Positions 9,901 through 18,773 of a DNA stretch of 59,501 nucleotides are shown piece after piece (the first letter of the stretch is position 1; the number at the start of each line of letters is the position of its first letter). Location of the stretch: positions 1-59,501 of the IMG/VR virus record IMGVR_UViG_3300025767_000017; one strand, written 5' to 3'. The stretch is from a virus. Taxonomy: Duplodnaviria > Caudoviricetes. Below the pieces are notes generated by a model. The model had not been told where the DNA came from. It made no database searches and worked only from the letters and a program-made list of their open reading frames with translations. Made by a program: the position numbers and the translations under genes.

Positions 9901-12900
9901 GTACCTGAAATGTTAAAGTTCCATAATTCGTTTACTGCTGCTTGTGAAGGTGTAATTGATACAGAATTAACTATCGGTCGATCTGTAAGTGTCCAAGTTG
10001 CATAATTAGGTACAGCAGTCGAGTCTGATAAGTAAAATCCTTCAGTTCCTTCAACATTAGTGTCTATTACTGATGTAATAGATGCCGAAGCAGTACGATA
10101 TACATTATCTTGTGCGGTGTTCAATCCAGTAAATGTAATTCCATTGCCGCCGGTTGAGTATTCAGGCCCAACTGGATCACCTAAATTTGGATTTCTAAAG
10201 AATCTAAAATCTTGTGTACTAGCAGTAGCATTCTTGTATCTCAAAGTGAATGTAATAGAATCACCTTCGGTATACGAAGTTCCATTAGGAAGACTTATGC
10301 TAAAAGCAGGTTCTACAGAAATTACTGTAACTGTGCCTGATGCAGTGTCAGTTTGCCCATCTGGGGTGCTTGCAATAATTGACCAAGTTGCCGTGCCTGC
10401 ATTAGTAAATGTAATATAGTCAGTGTTTGCATCAACGTTTAGCCAGTCTGGTCTCAACCCATTATCAAATGTTTGAGATACACTTGCTGGTATTGCTGTG
10501 CCCTCAATAGTATACTCTAGTTTTGTAGCATTGTCAGTTTGGTAATATAATGTTGCAGGTGTATTAGCAACAATTTGTTCTGAAGGTGGACTAAATCCTG
10601 CACTTGTAATTACTGGGGCCGTCCAGTTTCCTGTTGTACCAGTATAATACAATCTAGATAGAATTGTTCCTCCGCTATACGGCGCATTACCTTGATACAA
10701 ATACACCTGGCCTGTTTTCGCAGCATGTGGACCATTTTCAGCCTTAACTGATATTGTTATAGTTTCTGTTGATCCAGGTGTTAGTGCAAACGTATGATAT
10801 GCAGAATTGTTTCCAGCAATCGCTACCGGACTTCCATTTATTGTAACTTCCCAGTCTGTATACCAGCTTGCAACGTTGGCAGTAAATGTAACTGGATTAT
10901 TATTAGGAGAACTATTTATTGCAACTGTTGTACTCCATGTTTCTGTTTGTCCTGGAATCAAACTAAATGTATGCGTAGTATTAGCAAAACTTGCTGTTAT
11001 AGGAACAGGTAACGAAGTGTCAGCAATACTAACAGTTCTTACTTGCGAACTTGTTGTAGGGTTTGTTGATGGCCAACGAACTTGTGTACCAAATGTCTCT
11101 GTACCTTCTGTTGTTTGGTCTGCTCTTATTGAACGAGTAAATGAATATGTGCCGTCTCCTGCATTCGGACTGTTAGTAATTGTAACATTTGCACTTCCAG
11201 ACACAATACTGCCAACAAAGTCATTTGCATTTGCAGTGCCGGCAACATTTTGCCAATAAACTGGTCCCGATGCCGCAGTCCAATTTCGTACTGTTCCGGA
11301 GTAATTTATAGTAGCTGTAGTAGTTTCATTACCACTAACTGTACTCGCAGTAAGAGTATTATCAATTGTCGGCACTCCTGGCTCTGCAATACTATTTCCA
11401 GTCCAATATATTGTATAAGAGTCGCCTGTGCCGTCTGCTTGAAGAATTTTAAAATCGAATTGTCTATTTACACTTCTAAAGTCAAGAATTGTTCTCGGTA
11501 TTACGCTAATAGGAACACTTATCGACTGCCCAGCAGGAATAGTATAATTTTTGGACGCTAGCTGTGTTTCACTTGAAATACTATCTACTGCTACATCCCA
11601 TGCTAGAGGTCTAGATGTTTCTTGAACTGTAACTGTTCCAGACGTTTCAGATGTATTTGTAATTGTAATAGAAGTTGTTGCAGTAGTATTAACCACAACA
11701 TCTCCAATATCCCATGCTGTTGCTTGAGAAGTATATGATTCTGGACTTACACTAAAAGTAAATGGCGGTTGATACCCACATGTTGGACTATTTGCTTCAA
11801 TTAGCTGAGTATACGTCCCGCCTGAGCCGTCTGCATATGTGCCAACTAAGTCAAACGGCTCTTGACATACTTGACTTAATAATGTTCCAGCAGCAGGCGG
11901 TGTTAATGATGTATCGTTAATTGTTATACTGATATTCGCTGCGCCGTTGCTTAGTGCCAATCTAAGAGTTTCTGTACCTTCTGTTACTAAATCGGCTGCA
12001 AAAACAATGGTTACTGTATTAGATGTACCTACTATAAACTGCCCGTCTAGTGGAATGTTTATATCGTTAGCACTTACTCCAGTTATAGTGTAAGGAATAA
12101 CAGTACCATTAGAAACATTAGTAGTTGTTAAAGTTATTGATGCTGAACTTCCTTCGCTTACTGTTGCTTGAGATCTTGATAGGCTATAACTAGGTGTTGG
12201 AGGATTAGCTGCACTTAATTGAACAATTGTACTGCCTGCTGGTAATTGATTATCTGCAATTACAACAGTGTCATATATTGTTCCGTTTATAGTTACAGAT
12301 CCGTCTGGTACTAATAGTGTAGAACTACTTGTCCAGTCTCCAAAAACCACTTCGTCGATTCTATATCCGCCTGGAGCAGGATCTGTAAATAACACCTTAA
12401 ACTGAATAGTTCTATCACTCGTTTGCAATGCATATAATTCGTATGCGCTTTGTGAATATGTCGAACCTGCATCTTTTCTATAGCATAATTTATAGGTATT
12501 TGTTAGATTATTATTTCCGACACTAGTCGGTGATCCTACATTAGAATTACTAAATGTATCATCTGCTGTAAAACTAATAACACCCATTGCAGCCATAGAT
12601 GACTGCCAGTCTGCTGTTTTTTGCTGAGAGCCAGTATATGCTACACCTGCACTAAATCTTATTTCACCGCCGCTATTGAAAAAATGTCTTCTGGCTGCTG
12701 CACTAGGAAAAGTTACAGTAAAAATTTGATTAAGAAAGCTAGTCCATGTTCCGCTTACACTTTGACGATAAGTGCTAGTTATTTGAGTGCCACTACTGTT
12801 TAACAAATTTGTAGTAGTTGCTTGATCTGCTGTATCGATCTTGAAGCGATTTGCTTCAACTATGGTCATTAATGACTCAAGCCCACTAATGTATGCTTCT

Positions 12901-13208
12901 TCTATTTTATCAGTATCTTGCGCATTAGTATCAAAATCACCGATCACAAATTCATCTATAGAAACAGCACTGCTTCCAATCTGGTGTGCTCTGCATCGAA
13001 TAATGTCTACATATAACTCTTCATACTGCTGTGCTGTAATCTTGTCTGAGTTTGGTATTGTGTTTGAGCGTGTTCCAGCAACATCAATATCTGCATTAAG
13101 CAGTTGCCCGTATCCAAAAGTAGGTGTTGCAGATGTCGATGTACCAAGTACAGCAGCAAGTCTGTTTTGTAAGTTATTAAACCGGGTAGCTAATATAGTA
13201 GTGGACAT
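6933..13208 (-). CDS. Large virion fibre/adhesin-like protein with Ig/Calx-beta-like repeats and a poly-Pro tract
   Basis: 2091 aa, S/T/G-rich beta-type repeats, recurring 'AD..TEG.E.F' motifs, N-terminal RRHFFNSGG domain shared with 13279..17136, and 36 consecutive Pro near the C-terminus. Confidence 0.8.
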   Translation of the reverse strand: MSTTILATRFNNLQNRLAAVLGTSTSATPTFGYGQLLNADIDVAGTRSNTIPNSDKITAQQYEELYVDIIRCRAHQIGSSAVSIDEFVIGDFDTNAQDTDKIEEAYISGLESLMTIVEANRFKIDTADQATTTNLLNSSGTQITSTYRQSVSGTWTSFLNQIFTVTFPSAAARRHFFNSGGEIRFSAGVAYTGSQQKTADWQSSMAAMGVISFTADDTFSNSNVGSPTSVGNNNLTNTYKLCYRKDAGSTYSQSAYELYALQTSDRTIQFKVLFTDPAPGGYRIDEVVFGDWTSSSTLLVPDGSVTINGTIYDTVVIADNQLPAGSTIVQLSAANPPTPSYSLSRSQATVSEGSSASITLTTTNVSNGTVIPYTITGVSANDINIPLDGQFIVGTSNTVTIVFAADLVTEGTETLRLALSNGAANISITINDTSLTPPAAGTLLSQVCQEPFDLVGTYADGSGGTYTQLIEANSPTCGYQPPFTFSVSPESYTSQATAWDIGDVVVNTTATTSITITNTSETSGTVTVQETSRPLAWDVAVDSISSETQLASKNYTIPAGQSISVPISVIPRTILDFRSVNRQFDFKILQADGTGDSYTIYWTGNSIAEPGVPTIDNTLTASTVSGNETTTATINYSGTVRNWTAASGPVYWQNVAGTANANDFVGSIVSGSANVTITNSPNAGDGTYSFTRSIRADQTTEGTETFGTQVRWPSTNPTTSSQVRTVSIADTSLPVPITASFANTTHTFSLIPGQTETWSTTVAINSSPNNNPVTFTANVASWYTDWEVTINGSPVAIAGNNSAYHTFALTPGSTETITISVKAENGPHAAKTGQVYLYQGNAPYSGGTILSRLYYTGTTGNWTAPVITSAGFSPPSEQIVANTPATLYYQTDNATKLEYTIEGTAIPASVSQTFDNGLRPDWLNVDANTDYITFTNAGTATWSIIASTPDGQTDTASGTVTVISVEPAFSISLPNGTSYTEGDSITFTLRYKNATASTQDFRFFRNPNLGDPVGPEYSTGGNGITFTGLNTAQDNVYRTASASITSVIDTNVEGTEGFYLSDSTAVPNYATWTLTDRPIVNSVSITPSQAAVNELWNFNISGTPNGSATFTVSSVPDYNLPGGTFLLDSAGNYSGQSNHSSPGTFTYAFTFDSGSPINLPTSVKICPVLSVSGPTSVNPGEPFTFTITGGLPNGSYSFSRVGAGTAILSFSATGAATVNTTAPSTPGTYTYSITEGFCGGTVTYSVVVNTIYSPTATFTPSNPVVGQDVTVTITGGRPNGFFDIVGLDGIPSYVGLSFNSSGNYSVTGAYSTARTRSYNISVPAPDIGSSFSIPVIQGVVYDEVVTLVQPIPGSSSVSCFITDGQPGTGFTWTATNTSPNSGSGSLDASGNANFSLNPVQSYYSGSITVTFTGTGHTRTASANYLAPSYSIINPSPNVIAEGSSGTYTVTTANVANGTTLYWTITDLLTNSADFTSRSGSFTINNNSGSFSVGTVADQLTEGQESFTVRVRTGSTSGTIVASASTTIGDTSTGVTPPNPTVQFLASTYTVGDTIQASVNPDSAGGTYSSYSRIVDPNGTIVTSSIYQAVHTLSVTATVAGTYTALVDVLYRGDTSGVGVGTKDTTVVSTVPVPTISFTPSTGTINSTRYTMTWDANGAPSAIVVLTSPDGQTTTGTDTSGTITSSLGLVGTWTARITTAGGTRSASVTVSAAPVPAPSISFTPSTGTENNTAYTLSWNANGAPSATVTINASNGETTTSTDLTGSVTSTLGIVGTWTATIVTAGGTRSASVTVSAAPPPAGDGSITFDSPSGYFVGETIVANYTTQNASTVTASISRSGTNLVTANTKPNGSLAYEALTAGTYGAGLSVNGKVVSTDTVSVSNAPPPPAAPDVSVYFTPSSGTTATTFYAGWSVSGTYTSITATGNLAGTTVDLGSTATGTFSNTLPAGTHSLTVSATGPGGTTTRSDSVTVAGVPPPPPPPPPPPPPPPPPPPPPPPPPPPPPPPPPPPPVGPSISASVGPFDGFTSNVTVFFSGAPNATYGWALGGTASMNGTITMDASGNASLSAPLPAGSYSAAVCSPCAVTSFSVG
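7176..7283 (-). repeat. Poly-proline (P36) coding tract built from ~6.6 copies of a 15-bp unit
   Basis: + strand unit AGGGGGCGGCGGTGG at 7185, 7200, 7215 (variant), 7230, 7245, 7260 and 7275 (partial); 108 nt = 36 Pro codons. Confidence 0.95.
7820..8320 (-). repeat. Tandem 252-bp (84-aa) Ig-like domain duplication
   Basis: Identical 32-mer GATACTGTAACACTTGCACTTCTTGTGCCGCC at 7828-7859 and 8080-8111; protein repeat ISFTPSTGT...W.ANGAPSA...GTWTA.I.TAGGTRSASVTVSAAP occurs twice. Outer boundaries approximate. Confidence 0.9.
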
Positions 13209-13235
13209 TCATTCTCTCTAAATTTATTTACTGTG

Positions 13236-13243
13236 TATTTATT
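13236..13243 (-). promoter_or_regulatory. T4-like late promoter (AATAAATA)
   Basis: Resembles the T4 gp55 consensus TATAAATA, ~30 nt upstream of the 13208 start; the motif recurs before other structural genes. Confidence 0.55.
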
Positions 13244-13278
13244 AAAATAAATACCCACTACTATTTTTCATGAATAGC

Positions 13279-16200
13279 TTATTGCCTATACAGTGTTAAT
13301 GTATATGTTGGATAAGTTCCAGGATACCCTGCTGCAAGAATTCCAAATCTATATGTATATGTACTTGTAAATACACTGCCTGTGCTACCAGCTACTCCTA
13401 CAATCTTAGATGCACCCGGAGCGAGCGTAAAGCTAGTTGGAACAATCCCTGTAGTTGTTCCGGTCAGTCGTGATATTTCCTGCACTGTTATATTAAGTGT
13501 TTCAGACGTTGGATTTGTAACTGTAAATGCCGCTCCCTTGACCGCGAGTCCAGTTAATGGAATTGCAACCGAGCCCGAACTAGGACTAATTGTTACCGGA
13601 GTATCTCTTAGCACAGGTGTTGGATCTTCTACTCTAATCGAAACAGTATCAGTTGCAGATGTAGGATCCGAGTATGTTATCGTGTAAGTATATGATCCAG
13701 GCGAGTTAATCCGCGCTGGTCCGGACCAGTTGCCGTTACTATCAAATGTTCCACTTACCTGATCTACTCCGTTATTTGCATTCCAAGTAGTGTTTGGTGC
13801 GCCACCTGTAATGCTAACTGTAAACTGTTCATTAACGTTTACAGTTGATGGTGTCGTCCATATTGGATTATAAGTTGTAACAGGCGGCGGTGGCGCAGGG
13901 GTTTTTGAAGTATCTTGTATTGCTGCAAATCGCCCTGATACTACCACCGGTCCTGCTACACTTCCAGTTCTCAATTCTGTTCCAAAATATTCTGTGCTTT
14001 CAGTCGTCTCATCAGCTATTGCTGTTCTAGTAAATGATCCCGAATTATTATTAATTGTAACAGTACCTGTAAATCCGTTAACATCATTTGCTTGTATTGG
14101 AGCGTTAGCAGATGATTGTATAGTAGTCCAGTACAACACTGTTCCATTTGGAACATTAGTAGTAGTTACCGTATACGTAAATACTGAATATGTTGTTTCA
14201 TCACCTACTGTTGGATAGTTAGGTTTGCCGCTGTCAACAGTCATACTATACGTTGGTATTGTAGCAGTTTCTGCTGTCCAGTTAAGTGCTACAATCTTAG
14301 TGCCAGCTGTTGTTTTAATAGTCAGTATTGAGGTACCTGAAGTACCAAATCTGTAAAATGTAACATCTATATATCTGCTTCTAGTAGAAGTAACTGTAAA
14401 CGGGGTTCCGCCACTTGGAGTCCCGCTTGCGCCTGTATAATCAATACTTGTAGCAGATCCGCTAGGCTGACTAACAATTATACTATTTACTGTTACATTT
14501 GCATTCGAAGTAAATATAATGCGTTGCGGGCTAGGTCTTACACCTGATAGTGAAGTAAATTGTAATGAACTAGAAGAAGTAGATATTGCAGGAACTATTG
14601 TCGGTGTCGGTGCTGGCACTGGTGCCCATGTTAATTTAATTGCACCATTTCCGCTAGCACCGGCAGCTGCACTACTGCTTCCGCCGCTTGCACCACTGCC
14701 GCCGCCTGCATTGCCGCCGCGGCCGCCTGTAATTATTGCAGTGTCACCTGATTCGCCTCCGCTGCCGCCGCTGCCTCCTGTGCCAACCTGGCCGTTAGCT
14801 GTTCCAAATGTTCCGTTAGAAATTGTGCCGAATCCAGTGCCGCCGCCTCCGCCGGCTCCATAACTTGGACTAACTGTGCCGCCACCGCCGCCGCCGCCAG
14901 CTGCGCCGCCTGTGCCTGCTGTACCGTTAGTAGCTGATATACCAGATATTGATCTGCCGCCCGCACCGCCGGTGCCGCCTGTTCCTTGTGGGCCACCGGC
15001 TCCGCCGCCTCCGCCACCGCCATAAGTCCAGTAACCTGCTCCGCCGCTGCCGCCAGCGCCGCCTGATGTTCCGACATAGCCGCCGCCGGCGCCGCCTGGT
15101 GTTAATTGAGTGTTGTTAGATATAAACAATCCACGTGCGCCGCCTCTTCCTGACACAGTGTTTAATGTTCTAAAATATGTGTCTGCACCGCTGCCAAATT
15201 GGCCGCCTGCGCCAACAAGTACATCATATTCTTGTCCCGGAATAACGGTAACAGTTGCTGATCCGAATCCGCCTCCGCCGCCTCCGGCGCCGCCGTTGCT
15301 ATATCCTGCGCCGCCGGCGCCAACTGCTTGAACTTGAACTTCATTTATGTGTGATGGTGCAATCCATTTATATATACCAGGGGTAAATGTCTCAACTGTA
15401 GTTCCGGTATTAGACAGGTAACTAACAGTCGGCGGAGTTAATGATGTATCAGATATAACTGTTGTTGCGCCGCTGCCTGAAGTTAGTACAACTGTACCGT
15501 TTATTGAACCAGTTCTAAGTTGTATGTCAAACACTTCCGAACCTTCAGTTAAACTATCTGCTCTTGCAGTTCTAGTAAATGTTCCAGTGCCGCCTGACAT
15601 TACAACTGTTCCACTAAGTGTGTTGTCTGTAAAATCGCCAGCAGTTATACCAGAGCCAGTTGTTGTCCAATATAAGTTTCCATCTGGTACATTAGATGTT
15701 GTTACTGTAAAGGTTACAGTGCCGCCTTCATTTATTGACGATGTCGAACGTGTAATTGCATATGTTGGTGACGGTGCAGGTGTTTCGCCTATAGAATTAT
15801 CAATAATAGTAACAACACCAGTCGAATCAACAAAATTTAATAATGAAGCATCTGTATACAATCTTAATCTAAAACTTTCATTTCCTTCAGTGAAGTTGTC
15901 AGCTAGTAGTGTTCTATTAATTGTTCTTTCAGCTTGTGTATAATCCGCAGTGATTGTAATGCTTCCTGAAAGTGTGTTATCGTCAAAATCGGCAGCAGTA
16001 ACATTACCACTAATAATTTCTGTATCCCAATATAATGTAATTGGATAGTCTACATTGACAGCATTTACAACATAGTCTACACTTGCATATTGTTGATTAT
16101 TAATATCTTCAATTTCGTATTGATTTCTTGCTAGATCAATGCCAATAGAATATTCTGGCAATTTATTAGGTTCAGCGGGCGAACTAAATCCTGATACTGA

Positions 16201-17136
16201 AGTAGTAATATAAAAACTAGGATTCTTAACTGATACATAATTGCCTTTAGCGATATATAATTGTACGTTGCTTTCAAGACGACCGTCGACGTTATTATCT
16301 ACACGATTATCAAATACTGTATCATTAAATTCAACTCTAAATTCAATTACTTTATCAGAAACTTCTCTAACTTTAATTTCATATGTATTGCCGTTATATA
16401 CGCCGCCTGATATAGTCGATCCAGTACGTGCTGTATAATAAATTCTTTGATATGCAGATGTAAGATCATAGTTACCTATAGGATACCCCGTTGATATACC
16501 GGCTACAAGAGATTCATTTGCTTCAAAAGACATAGTACCAACTTGAGCAAGCAACTGTGCCCAGTCAAGGCCTTTATGAGTTCTTGCTGCTGAATTAGCT
16601 GCTGCTATTCGTATCTTGCCGCCGCTGTTAAAAAAGTGACGTCTATGGTCTGCATCATCAAAAGTTACTGTAAATACTTGATAGATTAACCCATTCCACG
16701 TTGCTGTTCTTATATCAGTTAATGCTAATACTGTTTCTGCTTGCGAAGTATGTACCTTAAATTTTTCTTCTTCTACTGTAGACATTAGCGCTTCATAATC
16801 AGCTATACCTTTTTTAAAGCCAGTAGGATCATTACTAAGTGTGCCATCTTCAGGATCAACATATGCGCTTGTATCTTCAGCTACTGTGTTTGACCCAGCT
16901 AGTACTGTATCGATTGGAATACTAGCAAGTCCGCCTGCGCCAACTTGGTGTACTCTAGCATTTAAAATATCTGTATATATGTTATTAAGATCAGCAGCTT
17001 GTACGGTGCTATCTAATGAACTAACTTGACTACTTACAAGAGTCTGTCCGTATCCACTTTGTCCTGCGCCTTGTCCGTAAACTAATGATATTCTGTTTTG
17101 TAGATTGTTAATTCGTGCTGCTGTAATATTTGCCAT
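13279..17136 (-). CDS. Virion fibre protein with Calx-beta-like repeats and a glycine-rich domain
   Basis: 1285 aa; N-terminal domain paralogous to 6933..13208; 'LYWTT...ADSLTEGSEVF' repeats; TFTPGIYKWIAP...AVGAGGAG glycine-rich domain at ~14630-15390. Confidence 0.8.
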   Translation of the reverse strand: MANITAARINNLQNRISLVYGQGAGQSGYGQTLVSSQVSSLDSTVQAADLNNIYTDILNARVHQVGAGGLASIPIDTVLAGSNTVAEDTSAYVDPEDGTLSNDPTGFKKGIADYEALMSTVEEEKFKVHTSQAETVLALTDIRTATWNGLIYQVFTVTFDDADHRRHFFNSGGKIRIAAANSAARTHKGLDWAQLLAQVGTMSFEANESLVAGISTGYPIGNYDLTSAYQRIYYTARTGSTISGGVYNGNTYEIKVREVSDKVIEFRVEFNDTVFDNRVDNNVDGRLESNVQLYIAKGNYVSVKNPSFYITTSVSGFSSPAEPNKLPEYSIGIDLARNQYEIEDINNQQYASVDYVVNAVNVDYPITLYWDTEIISGNVTAADFDDNTLSGSITITADYTQAERTINRTLLADNFTEGNESFRLRLYTDASLLNFVDSTGVVTIIDNSIGETPAPSPTYAITRSTSSINEGGTVTFTVTTSNVPDGNLYWTTTGSGITAGDFTDNTLSGTVVMSGGTGTFTRTARADSLTEGSEVFDIQLRTGSINGTVVLTSGSGATTVISDTSLTPPTVSYLSNTGTTVETFTPGIYKWIAPSHINEVQVQAVGAGGAGYSNGGAGGGGGGFGSATVTVIPGQEYDVLVGAGGQFGSGADTYFRTLNTVSGRGGARGLFISNNTQLTPGGAGGGYVGTSGGAGGSGGAGYWTYGGGGGGGAGGPQGTGGTGGAGGRSISGISATNGTAGTGGAAGGGGGGGTVSPSYGAGGGGGTGFGTISNGTFGTANGQVGTGGSGGSGGESGDTAIITGGRGGNAGGGSGASGGSSSAAAGASGNGAIKLTWAPVPAPTPTIVPAISTSSSSLQFTSLSGVRPSPQRIIFTSNANVTVNSIIVSQPSGSATSIDYTGASGTPSGGTPFTVTSTRSRYIDVTFYRFGTSGTSILTIKTTAGTKIVALNWTAETATIPTYSMTVDSGKPNYPTVGDETTYSVFTYTVTTTNVPNGTVLYWTTIQSSANAPIQANDVNGFTGTVTINNNSGSFTRTAIADETTESTEYFGTELRTGSVAGPVVVSGRFAAIQDTSKTPAPPPPVTTYNPIWTTPSTVNVNEQFTVSITGGAPNTTWNANNGVDQVSGTFDSNGNWSGPARINSPGSYTYTITYSDPTSATDTVSIRVEDPTPVLRDTPVTISPSSGSVAIPLTGLAVKGAAFTVTNPTSETLNITVQEISRLTGTTTGIVPTSFTLAPGASKIVGVAGSTGSVFTSTYTYRFGILAAGYPGTYPTYTLTLYRQ

Positions 17137-17147
17137 GACGGTTCCTT

Positions 17148-18734
17148 TTATACTTTAAGTACGCATTCGACTAATTTTTCACCCTCATCGCTATTACTTT
17201 CTAAAGCAACTCCTACTAGTGCAGACGTTGCTAGTGTAGTGCATACACCGTCTGCTAATGCATATACCGCTTGACCTTTTTTAACTGCACCTTTAACACG
17301 CACAGGAAGACGTCCCTTAAGACCAATGTATTGACCTTCAGCTTCACTGTTCATCATTACAGCCGGATTTGTTGAAACAACTCCAATACAGAAATTACTT
17401 GCACTTGCTGGTTCTACTTCGTAATCTTCATGAGCGCATACTGCAACTGCTGTTCCTGGTGCTAGTTCTTCGGCTGTAGTATATTTTTCTGCCAAGTCAG
17501 CATAACGTGCAGCAGTTGCTATACCTTTAAATAAGTTAGCAACTAAATTACCATCACTGTCTCTTACGGCTACTGAATTTGGTGTTGCAGATGTTGATGG
17601 ATATTTTGCATTTGCCAACGGATTTGTTGGATCATATGTGCCAAGAAGTAATGAACTTGCAATACTTGCTAAACCATTAAAGTTGTTTGCATAAACTGTT
17701 TTCCATCTTAAATCAGCTGTACCAATATCAAATTTCGGCACGTATAGAGGCTGTGGTTGGCCTGCTGCTGCGGCCGGACGTGTATCTTCTGGTATAATTC
17801 CAAGTATATTAATATCAGCAATCGTAGTACTAGTACCAACTGCACTAGTTGTCTTCAACAATATTTTACTATTAGTACCATTAGTGTTATGAATTATGCC
17901 TGAATTAGATGCAGCGTCGTATTTTAAGTTTAGTTCAGAATTTTCGCCAACATTTATTCCGGCAGCATTTTTAAAGTTAGTTACTGATGTAAAATTACTT
18001 TCTACTCCTGCGCTTGATACAACTAAATCGGCTGCATTTATAACTCTATTAATTGTGCCGTTGCCATTATAGATAACAATTTTTTCTGCTGCTGTTGCAG
18101 TTCCGTGGAATCTATGCTCACTTGTTGTAACACCTGGATATTGTCCAGTGCTCGGAGTATTAACTAAAGTAATACCTTTGTTAATTTTAGAAAATCCGGG
18201 TACAGTATTAGTAGCATCAATATCAAATGATTCAGCGTTACTTGAAACAGCTATAACTACATCATTAATAGTTGTAGCAATAATATTGTTATTAACAGCG
18301 TTTTGTCCTAACAAATCTGTACTTTGCATTTGAGTTAGGCCTTCGCCTGCGTTTTGTGGACCTATAAGAGTAAATGTAGTTCCGTTGTATACATACAGTT
18401 GTTCATTAGCATTATCCCACCAAAAATCTCCAACTGTTGCAGCAGTCGGGCTAGTTGCTGCCGACAATGCGCCGCCTGATGCTTTCCATGTATTACCGTC
18501 ATAAAATTTTAATTTAGTACTTGCACTATCGTACCATATCTGACCTGTTAATGCTCGAGGCGGCGCAACAGTACCAGAAAAGTTTTCAAGTAAAAACAAC
18601 ATGTTTTCATTTTGAATTTCGCCATATCCTGCATAATTTTTACCGATAAATTTAAGATCAGTTGTTTGATCAACTGTGCCGTCTTCTACTGTAGTTAGCA
18701 GTGTATTGTTGTATCTGTCTATTTGATAAGCCAT
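17148..18734 (-). CDS. Tail fibre-type protein with C-terminal ADLAEKY (intramolecular chaperone-like) domain
   Basis: Shared N-terminal GKNYAGYGE..NENxLxLLENF...P...GQIWYD module; C-terminal YADLAEKY...IGVVSTNPA.MMN...GRLPVRVKG. Confidence 0.75.
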   Translation of the reverse strand: MAYQIDRYNNTLLTTVEDGTVDQTTDLKFIGKNYAGYGEIQNENMLFLLENFSGTVAPPRALTGQIWYDSASTKLKFYDGNTWKASGGALSAATSPTAATVGDFWWDNANEQLYVYNGTTFTLIGPQNAGEGLTQMQSTDLLGQNAVNNNIIATTINDVVIAVSSNAESFDIDATNTVPGFSKINKGITLVNTPSTGQYPGVTTSEHRFHGTATAAEKIVIYNGNGTINRVINAADLVVSSAGVESNFTSVTNFKNAAGINVGENSELNLKYDAASNSGIIHNTNGTNSKILLKTTSAVGTSTTIADINILGIIPEDTRPAAAAGQPQPLYVPKFDIGTADLRWKTVYANNFNGLASIASSLLLGTYDPTNPLANAKYPSTSATPNSVAVRDSDGNLVANLFKGIATAARYADLAEKYTTAEELAPGTAVAVCAHEDYEVEPASASNFCIGVVSTNPAVMMNSEAEGQYIGLKGRLPVRVKGAVKKGQAVYALADGVCTTLATSALVGVALESNSDEGEKLVECVLKV

Positions 18735-18762
18735 TGCTTGTAAACCCCTAGTGCTGTTATAT

Positions 18763-18770
18763 TATTTATT
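18763..18770 (-). promoter_or_regulatory. T4-like late promoter (AATAAATA)
   Basis: Intergenic motif ~30 nt upstream of the 18734 start. Confidence 0.55.
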
Positions 18771-18773
18771 CAA

